Positions 57,395 through 64,000 of a stretch of DNA of 64,000 bases are shown piece after piece (the stretch's first letter is position 1; the number at the start of each line of letters is the position of its first letter). The stretch is from an uncultured Gammaproteobacteria bacterium. GTDB taxonomy: Bacteria; Patescibacteriota; Microgenomatia; Woykebacterales; RBG-16-39-9b. The position numbers were made by a program, and so were the translations under genes. Below the pieces are notes generated by a model. It was not told the DNA's origin. It saw only the letters and a list, made by a program, of their open reading frames with translations, and did no database searches. Where the stretch lies: NCBI GenBank assembly GCA_964360785.1, contig CAYHXX010000002.1:92107-156106 (forward strand), read 5' to 3'.

Positions 57395-57562
57395 TAAGAA
57401 AATAATAGCAACTATTATTGAAAATAAAAAGTTTCAACCCTCCTTCGCTAAAGCTTCGTAAGGTCAGGCATTCTCGACCAGAGCGATCCAGGTTTTTTGT
57501 TGGTTAAATTAAAAGGGACGGGCCATCGGTTCGAGAGCCCATCCCTTTGCTGACATTTTGTC

Positions 57563-58261
57563 CTATCTTCGGGCGAGCAATATTTGCGGTGTCTTAGCCT
57601 CTTCCTCAGCGGTTCTCTTCCGTTCTGCCTCGCCAGTCATTGGAACAAAGGCCACCGAATCCAGATAGTGCTGCTCGAATCCCCCAGCCGTCTTTGTCAA
57701 GACAAATAGGTTCTGCATTGAGTCTTGAGGGCCAACCGGAATCACCAACTTGCCTCCAAGAGCAAGCTGCTCTTTGAGTGCAGGTGGAATTTCAACCGGT
57801 GCAGCCGCGACAACAATTGCATCGAATGGCGCTTTTTCGGGCCAACCAAAGTAGCCGTCACCTACTCGAATTTCGACTGAGTAACCGAGCCGTGACAGAC
57901 ATTCACTTGCGGTGCGAGCCAGAAGCTCGTTGATCTCAACCGAGTAAACTTCCACACCCATCGCTGCTAACACTGCGGCCTGATATCCGGAACCAGTGCC
58001 AATGTCAAGAACTCGCTGACCTGGTTTGGCACCAGACAGTTGGATCGTGGCAGCAACAATGAAAGGCTGACTGATCGTCTGACCCTCTTCTATTTGTGAT
58101 GCGTGGTCGTGGTAGGCGTGTTCAGACACTTTCGGAGGCATGAATTTGTGTCTTGGCACTTTGTACATGGCAGAGAGAACTAGCTCATCATTGATCCCCC
58201 AAGGTCTAAGGTGCTCTCGGATCATCTGTAACCTGTCCAGGCAATAGTCGAGTGTCATCAT
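57563..58261 (-). CDS. pcm: protein-L-isoaspartate O-methyltransferase
   Basis: VPRHKF, GQTISQP, IGTGSGYQAA, GWPEKAPFD, FVPM. Confidence 0.96.
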   Translation of the reverse strand: MMTLDYCLDRLQMIREHLRPWGINDELVLSAMYKVPRHKFMPPKVSEHAYHDHASQIEEGQTISQPFIVAATIQLSGAKPGQRVLDIGTGSGYQAAVLAAMGVEVYSVEINELLARTASECLSRLGYSVEIRVGDGYFGWPEKAPFDAIVVAAAPVEIPPALKEQLALGGKLVIPVGPQDSMQNLFVLTKTAGGFEQHYLDSVAFVPMTGEAERKRTAEEEAKTPQILLARR

Positions 58262-58422
58262 CAGACACGCTCCTTTCGAAGTCTCACCGGCGATCTTACC
58301 AGTGAATCCCAATTTCCGGAGAAATTATACCAGAAGTGTGCAAAAGTACCTTGGCTAGTTTTTTGTTGGTGTAACAATATTTCTCCTGTGTCGGCATTTC
58401 CCGACATAGGCTGTTCGTACCG

Positions 58423-59361
58423 TTATTCTGGGGTTTCAAGTTCGACTTGAATGTGGTGGACTGTCGGTTCTTTAGTTTGTACAACCTGTTTGATCCGATC
58501 AGTGAGTTTTTCAATCTCATCCGTATCGAGATCATCCTGCAAATGCACTTCCAGATTTACCAAAAGCTTTTCCGGCCCGAGGTGCATAGTCCGTAGGTCC
58601 AAGACCTCCTTTACTTCTGGTATTTCTAAAGCCGCTGTTCGTATGTTCTTTTCTACTTCGGGAGCAGCGCTGTGGCCAACTAGTAAATCCTTGACACTTT
58701 TAATAAGTAGGAAGGCAAGAATTGCCAGGCTCAGTCCAATTACCATTGCACCGAGACCATCAAAACGTTGTTCGCCTGTAATACCATATAGAAATAGAGA
58801 CAGAAGCCCAATAATTGAGGCTATTGTCCCCATTAGGTCAAGGACAAAGGCAGTTTTGGTCTCAATCAAGGCAGAAGAGAAGAACTTGTGCAAAATTGTT
58901 CCCGAACCACCAGTTTGGCCGAGTCGTCGATAGCTAAGTGAAAAAGAGTAAGCATTGGTCAGGGCTGTTACTACCAAGACAATATAGGCAAGTAGAAGGT
59001 TGTGGACTTCTTCTGGGTGTAAAAACCGCTCAAAGCCAAAATAAAAAGAAAAAGTAGCAGTGACAAAAAGTGTGATCTGGGCAGATATCATCGCCCAGAA
59101 ATACATTTCCCGGCCATGTCCAAAAGGGTATTTTTTGTCAGGAAGTTTGTTTGACGCTCTGACCCCGAGCAAAAGAATCCCCGAGCTGGCCAGATCCGCA
59201 ACTCCTTGTAGTACTTGAGCAAGCATGACTACACTTCCTGACATGAGTGTAATGACCAGGCTTGAGCCAACATCCAAAGCATCAACGATAAAACTAGTCA
59301 GGACAATTTTCTTTGCTGATGGAGCGGAAGAGACTTTTGGCGGAGATTCGAAATCGTTCAC
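58423..59361 (-). CDS. cation diffusion facilitator transporter
   Basis: PDKKYPFGHGREMYFW plus C-terminal dimerisation domain. Confidence 0.93.
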   Translation of the reverse strand: MNDFESPPKVSSAPSAKKIVLTSFIVDALDVGSSLVITLMSGSVVMLAQVLQGVADLASSGILLLGVRASNKLPDKKYPFGHGREMYFWAMISAQITLFVTATFSFYFGFERFLHPEEVHNLLLAYIVLVVTALTNAYSFSLSYRRLGQTGGSGTILHKFFSSALIETKTAFVLDLMGTIASIIGLLSLFLYGITGEQRFDGLGAMVIGLSLAILAFLLIKSVKDLLVGHSAAPEVEKNIRTAALEIPEVKEVLDLRTMHLGPEKLLVNLEVHLQDDLDTDEIEKLTDRIKQVVQTKEPTVHHIQVELETPE

Positions 59362-59470
59362 AGGTAATTATTATAACAAAGTTAGCTGCTTTTGAGGAGC
59401 AGGAAAGCGAGTTTTTTAGAATATAAGTTTCGAAAAGACTTATAGTGTTGTCTTTTTAAGATTAATTTGC

Positions 59471-59524
59471 TATAATTTCCCAGAAATTACGGTTCCAATC
59501 GGAATTGGACCTGTTCTTTGACAA
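59471..59524 (+). promoter_or_regulatory. extended -10 promoter followed by hairpin and boxA-like TGTTCTTTGACAA
   Basis: TGCTATAAT, hairpin 59491-59511, boxA-like 59512-59524. Confidence 0.55.
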
Positions 59525-59560
59525 CAAGTACCTCAACAGAGGTTAGCGGAGGAGATCAAC

Positions 59561-60538
59561 GTGGTCACGGTAATTAAGGATCTTTCGGGGGTGTTTGGGC
59601 GCAAGATCAACACCTTAGTCGGGCACGAACGCCCCGATGCCGATGTCTTTCTCTGTTTCTGGATCGCCCTGCGGTTTGGGCTTTGTATAGTCAATCCCCT
59701 GTACCGTTTTGTTCGGTCTGGGGAAAGACTGGAAAGTGGTGAAGGCGACCCCCAAGTTCTACACGTAGACACAGGTTTGGGGGAGTTCGATACTCACGGT
59801 AAGGGCCTAGGACGAACTTGTGCTGCAGCTCTGCTGGCGGAACGGCTTGGTATAGAAGACCTCCCCGGAATTGCTGATCTGCTGGAGTGGGTGACCAAGA
59901 TCGACAACGCCGAGCTGCTGCTGGACTACACCGACATGTCCTACTACATACTGGATCTTCCGAAACTCGAGGAGGTCAAGGACTGGCGGGGAAGGGTTGA
60001 ATGGGTCAAGGTAGTTAATCTGGCCTACAGGGAGTTTGACAGGCAGTACCAACGGGGTCTTCAGAGGCATCAGAACCGAACCATCGACCTACCCAAGTAC
60101 GCGCAGTGGATCATGACCCCAAAGAAGGAGATTCGTGTCTGCACAATACTTGATCGCAGCTACCTTCGGATCACCGCCTTTGAGGCCGGAGCTGATGTGG
60201 TTGTTTGGACGCAACCCATGGACGGAGCTTTCCACGCTGGGGTTGACATCAACCCAACCGGCGAGAGCCCTGATCGAGTAGAACTGCGGGAGTCTCTCAG
60301 TCTACAGGCAGCTGCGGCTGTGCTCCGTTGGCAGGAGGGACAGAAGCGAGGGTTGGATCTGGATGTGAGCGAATTGGTTTACTGGGGTCAACTACCACCA
60401 GTTCCTAACTGGTTCCTGTATGACTCCAACAAACTGATACGCTGTGGAAGTGGCACACACCCATTGCGTAAGGAGGAGGAGTTCACCAAACTAACCGGTG
60501 AGGAAATAGTACAGGCTGTCATCGCTTCACTGGACTAG
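59561..60538 (+). CDS. DHH/MYG1-like phosphoesterase-related protein
   Basis: GHERPDAD, VDTG.GEFDTH; GGAGGAG SD, GC-rich. Confidence 0.65.
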   Translation: MVTVIKDLSGVFGRKINTLVGHERPDADVFLCFWIALRFGLCIVNPLYRFVRSGERLESGEGDPQVLHVDTGLGEFDTHGKGLGRTCAAALLAERLGIEDLPGIADLLEWVTKIDNAELLLDYTDMSYYILDLPKLEEVKDWRGRVEWVKVVNLAYREFDRQYQRGLQRHQNRTIDLPKYAQWIMTPKKEIRVCTILDRSYLRITAFEAGADVVVWTQPMDGAFHAGVDINPTGESPDRVELRESLSLQAAAAVLRWQEGQKRGLDLDVSELVYWGQLPPVPNWFLYDSNKLIRCGSGTHPLRKEEEFTKLTGEEIVQAVIASLD

Positions 60539-60636
60539 TTGACAGACAAGTCGGAAAAATCACGGTATCAGGGCTAACCGACAATAGCCTTTTTCTAAAG
60601 ATAATCTCTAGACAAGAGGATAGCTTTAGACAAGCA

Positions 60637-60670
60637 GCAACCCGAAGCTTAACGCGAAGGGTTGTTTTTT
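60637..60670 (+). terminator. rho-independent terminator
   Basis: GCAACCC...GGGTTGT followed by T-tract. Confidence 0.7.
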
Positions 60671-60742
60671 GTTGGTTAATAAATTTTATTTAAGTAACTA
60701 TTCAACCTTGGTTTAATCTCGAGAAAAAGCTAAAATATATTC

Positions 60743-61309
60743 ATGCCCTTGAAAAGAATAGTACCGATCGCGATAACTGATGATGAGAAAGATGGGGTAG
60801 GTCTGCTTTTGCGACTGCGGGTACCTTGGCTTATTCTCGGTTTGATTGGTGGTACGGCAGCTTCTTTTATCGTTTCCCGTTTTGAAACAGTTTTGTCAAA
60901 CAACATCTCCTTAGCCTTCTTTTTGCCAGTGATTGTTTATATGAGTGATGCTGTTGGTACTCAGACGGAAACAATTTTTGTTCGCGATTTGGCAAAAGGA
61001 ACAGCTAGTTTTACTGGCTATTTAATAAAAGAATTTGCGTTGGGTCTTGTGATTGGTTCAGTTTTTGGAGTACTAATCGGCCTAATCTCCTACTTCTGGA
61101 TTGGTTCTGTCGGTATTGCCTTGACAGTTGGACTGGCCATGAGTGTTAATGTTGCCTTAGCGCCAATCATAGCTTTACTTGTGCCAGAGATACTATTTAA
61201 AGAACACACAGACCCAGCGTTGGGCGGGGGGCCTTTTACAACTATAATTCAGGATATAGTGAGTATTTTAGTGTATTTTCTTATTGCCACTATTATTCTG
61301 TTTCGTTAA
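60743..61309 (+). CDS. MgtE-type magnesium transporter, membrane domain only
   Basis: RVPWL, AVGTQT, DPALGGGPFTTIIQD. Confidence 0.9.
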   Translation: MPLKRIVPIAITDDEKDGVGLLLRLRVPWLILGLIGGTAASFIVSRFETVLSNNISLAFFLPVIVYMSDAVGTQTETIFVRDLAKGTASFTGYLIKEFALGLVIGSVFGVLIGLISYFWIGSVGIALTVGLAMSVNVALAPIIALLVPEILFKEHTDPALGGGPFTTIIQDIVSILVYFLIATIILFR

Positions 61310-61337
61310 TATAGACTAATAATTTAAATAAGTTCCT

Positions 61338-61814
61338 ATGAAAAACCTAATCAACTTTTTGTTTCCAATTAAAACTGCTTACGCTCATTGCGACATTCCC
61401 TGTGGGATATACGATCCCCACGCTGCTCAAGTAGCAGCCCACACCGTGCTTCGAATGACCGGTTTGATAAATGAACTTAGTGGAGATACTAGAGAAACTG
61501 AGCACAAACTGGCTCGTTACACCAAGGTTAAAGAAAAGCACGCTGAAATTGTTAAACACGAAGTTGTAGTTTTGTGGGGAGATTATTTCAAGGAAGAACA
61601 TTTGAAGGAATACCCGCAGTTGTCAGAAACAGTTTACCGAACCTTGAAGCTTGCCTCGAAATCCAAGCAGGAAATTAACATTGAGGTAGCAAAGGACTTA
61701 CTCACCCAGGTACAAGTGATTGCTGAGATTTTCTATAAATCTAAGGATTTAACGCCAATTAAAGTTAAACCACCGTTTCCAACTGAGGGTGAAATTGTCA
61801 GTTTTAAAGCTTAG
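61338..61814 (+). CDS. sodN: nickel superoxide dismutase
   Basis: HCDIPCGIYDP Ni-hook. Confidence 0.97.
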   Translation: MKNLINFLFPIKTAYAHCDIPCGIYDPHAAQVAAHTVLRMTGLINELSGDTRETEHKLARYTKVKEKHAEIVKHEVVVLWGDYFKEEHLKEYPQLSETVYRTLKLASKSKQEINIEVAKDLLTQVQVIAEIFYKSKDLTPIKVKPPFPTEGEIVSFKA

Positions 61815-62094
61815 AGTACCATTTTCTCGTTATAAAATTTCCGGTCACAGCATGGAAGCGACTCTGAAAGCAGGCGAAATTGTTTGGGTCAACAACTGGT
61901 CCTATCTCTTTTCCAAACCCAAAGTTGGCGATATAGTTGTTTTTCGCTTTCAGAATAAGGAAATGGTGAAAAGAATTACTCAGGTTAAATCAGATTCGGT
62001 AGAAGTTGTGGGTGACAACAAGGTAGATAGTCTTGGTAGTCAGGATATTGGGAGTATCTTAATAAGAAATATTGTGGGTAAAGTTTGGTTTTGA
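61789..62094 (+). CDS. sodX: Ni-SOD maturation protease (S26)
   Basis: GHSM, VKRI, GDN; overlaps sodN. Confidence 0.9.
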   Translation: MKLSVLKLRVPFSRYKISGHSMEATLKAGEIVWVNNWSYLFSKPKVGDIVVFRFQNKEMVKRITQVKSDSVEVVGDNKVDSLGSQDIGSILIRNIVGKVWF

Positions 62095-62136
62095 TTGTTT
62101 GACAAGTACAGGTTTTTCCTCTACTATTTTGTGTAA

Positions 62137-62802
62137 ATGAAAAAGCTTCTGCTTCCGTTAATCTTATTGTCAGTACTACTCATTTCCCAAACATCTATAG
62201 TTCTTGCAGAATCAGATGATGACGATAATAATTCTTCTGGTAACCAATCAAGTGATTCTGGCAGAGACTCCAATAAATCAAGAAGAGAATCTCTAAAAGA
62301 AAAGGTAAAAGGTGAGATTGAAGATAAGCTTAAAGAGGTTAAAGAAAAGCTAGCTTCTAAAGCTGCACTCCGAAAAGAAAAACTTGAAGCAACCAAACTT
62401 AAAGTTTGCGAAAAAAGAAAAGAAATAATTATCCGTCGTTCCACAAAACTTGCCGAAAGAGCAGAAAGGCAAATAACTAACTTCACCGCTAAAGTAGAAA
62501 GAGTTGATAATTATTACAATAACAAGTTGTTGCCAAAAGGTGGCGTAGTTGCTAATTACGATTCCTTGATAGCTGATATCGAAGCTAAAAAACAAGCTGC
62601 TCAGACTGCTGTCGACTCTGCCAAGACTACCGCACAAAACTTTGATTGTGCAGGTGATGACCCCAAAGGACAACTGACAAACTTCCGTACTGACATGCAG
62701 AACGCCATCAAAACACTAAAAGAGTACCGAACAAGTATTAAAAACTTAATTGTGGCAGTTAGAACTGCCAACAAGACAGCTACTAGCTCAGCTGATAATT
62801 AA
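62137..62802 (+). CDS. secreted helical hypothetical protein
   Basis: Signal peptide, coiled coil, Cys pair. Confidence 0.82.
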   Translation: MKKLLLPLILLSVLLISQTSIVLAESDDDDNNSSGNQSSDSGRDSNKSRRESLKEKVKGEIEDKLKEVKEKLASKAALRKEKLEATKLKVCEKRKEIIIRRSTKLAERAERQITNFTAKVERVDNYYNNKLLPKGGVVANYDSLIADIEAKKQAAQTAVDSAKTTAQNFDCAGDDPKGQLTNFRTDMQNAIKTLKEYRTSIKNLIVAVRTANKTATSSADN

Positions 62803-62805
62803 ACC

Positions 62806-63138
62806 ATGGAAGAACAAAACCAAACTGCAAACCCAATACAGCCTGAACTCACTGCTACTCCAGCCCCAACTGTTCCAGCAGAAGTGCCGGGAAAGAAAAG
62901 CAAAGCTACACTTTACGTTATCCTAGGTCTTGTAGTACTGCTCTTAGCGTTTGTTGGAGTGATAATGGCTCTAAACAGTTCTGCAGAAAAAACTCCAGCA
63001 CCCACCACAACAGCCCAAACGACAGAGATAAATAGTACTGCTGATTTGGATAAGACCTCAGAGGAATTGGACAACGCTGACCTTGATAGTTACGAAACTG
63101 ATCTTCAGCTCAACGACAACGACGCTTCTACTTTCTAA
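62806..63138 (+). CDS. single-TM hypothetical protein
   Basis: 110 aa. Confidence 0.8.
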   Translation: MEEQNQTANPIQPELTATPAPTVPAEVPGKKSKATLYVILGLVVLLLAFVGVIMALNSSAEKTPAPTTTAQTTEINSTADLDKTSEELDNADLDSYETDLQLNDNDASTF

Positions 63139-63140
63139 TT

Positions 63141-64000
63141 TCAAATTGGATAAGTTAATAAACCTTTAAGTGCTGGTAAGTTGCGGCTGTACTCATTTGC
63201 TGTTTGCGAGATAAACTCAATCACCAAAGTTGAAATACCTCTTTTAGTAGCCCATTCCTCGTAAGTTCCAGTAATTATATAACCCAGAGCCGAGATTTCA
63301 CTTTCCTCACCGCTACTTTGACTGCGTGTGTAACCGGTTAAGTTTGAGTACCAATCCCCAAAACCTTGAGCGATTCCGTCTCCCAAGACTAAATTGGCGT
63401 TTGAGTGGTAAGTAATACTTAAAGTTGGGTTTTCGCTATAGACCAAGTCTCTTAGAGCCCTTGTTTCCGGTTCTGAAAACGGACCACTACCGCCTCCGGC
63501 TGGGTAAGAGCGGTTTTGCCAATAAGTTAATGCTTGCCAGTCTGGTAGATCCCAATTACGGTTAAGATCGACGTCGTTGGCATTAAAGCGGTTATTAGCT
63601 GCTCTTCCATCAGGATTGGCATAAGGGACAATGATAAAGGTTCGGTCGCTACCAATTTGGTTTTGGTTAGCCCGTAAATAACTGATCCAAGAATTGAGCA
63701 TAGTACCAGTATTGGCTTCGGAGCCATGCATTGCCCCGATCAAAAGGATTTTCTTTGAACCCGTTCCGAAGTAGGTTGCAGTAATGGAACGTTTTTTGAC
63801 TGAGTAGCCAATTGTACGGGATCGTTCACTTGTAGTTGTAAAACTTGAAGAGAAGTTCTGGGTACTGTCCTCACCGCCCAAACTTTTGACACCGGCACGA
63901 ACATTGATAGTATAGCTAGTTAGCATGGCTAAGCCGCTAGTTTTGTAGTACAGAGTGTTACCAGACCAGGAAAAGGTACCTTCGAGACTTGGTGTGGTTG
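63141..64000 (-). CDS. M14 zinc carboxypeptidase (MpaA-like) with Ig-like domain, starts beyond the window
   Basis: HGSE, NPDG, VDLNRNW, SEPETRA; frame open to the window end. Confidence 0.9.
   Translation of the reverse strand, partial: TTPSLEGTFSWSGNTLYYKTSGLAMLTSYTINVRAGVKSLGGEDSTQNFSSSFTTTSERSRTIGYSVKKRSITATYFGTGSKKILLIGAMHGSEANTGTMLNSWISYLRANQNQIGSDRTFIIVPYANPDGRAANNRFNANDVDLNRNWDLPDWQALTYWQNRSYPAGGGSGPFSEPETRALRDLVYSENPTLSITYHSNANLVLGDGIAQGFGDWYSNLTGYTRSQSSGEESEISALGYIITGTYEEWATKRGISTLVIEFISQTANEYSRNLPALKGLLTYPI

Larger units (their letters stand above)
51351..57490 (+). repeat. dispersed 29-bp repeat R (GTTCCNACATAMTCGACYAGAGCGAGCCA) at 51351, 52006, 53080, 54266, 55142 and 57469 (partial)
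   Basis: Ungapped alignment of the copies, all in the same orientation and all intergenic. Confidence 0.88.

Noticed and set aside
51351-57490. CRISPR array or canonical integron attC sites
   Set aside because: Spacing is 0.6-2.3 kb with whole genes between copies; no cas or intI; no RYYYAAC...GTTRRRY pairing.

Overview
Chromosomal origin region of a code-11 Patescibacteria (CPR) bacterium, probably Microgenomates (inferred from gene content and style). Core: rplY, rnhA-jag-yidC-yidD-rnpA-rpmH / dnaA-oriC-dnaN-recF. Next to it lies the CPR type IV secretion-like locus (VirB4, PrgI, VirB6-like, six VirB2-like pilin genes, M23 and SpoIID hydrolases). Further on: smpB-tmRNA, comF, a tRNA cluster (all four Ser, Arg-GCG, Arg-CCG, Asn), adoK-ahcY, dnaG-rpoD, and a variable region after tRNA-Asn ending in sodN/sodX. 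Most striking signals read by eye: (1) a >4 kb minus-strand unit (1-4177) of orphan Shine-Dalgarno-led ORFs whose spacers are built from reused structured-RNA modules, including two covarying HDV-like self-cleaving ribozymes and tandem pseudoknots; (2) an integrase-less array of 1-3 gene cassettes after tRNA-Asn, punctuated by a 29-bp repeat ending in the tRNA's GAGCCA; (3) an intact tRNA-Arg(GCG) nested inside the two halves of another tRNA-Arg; (4) attenuator-like leaders on GC-rich orphan genes and palindromic mini-elements inserted in frame in smpB and dnaG. All RNA structures are hand-derived and no database searches were run.
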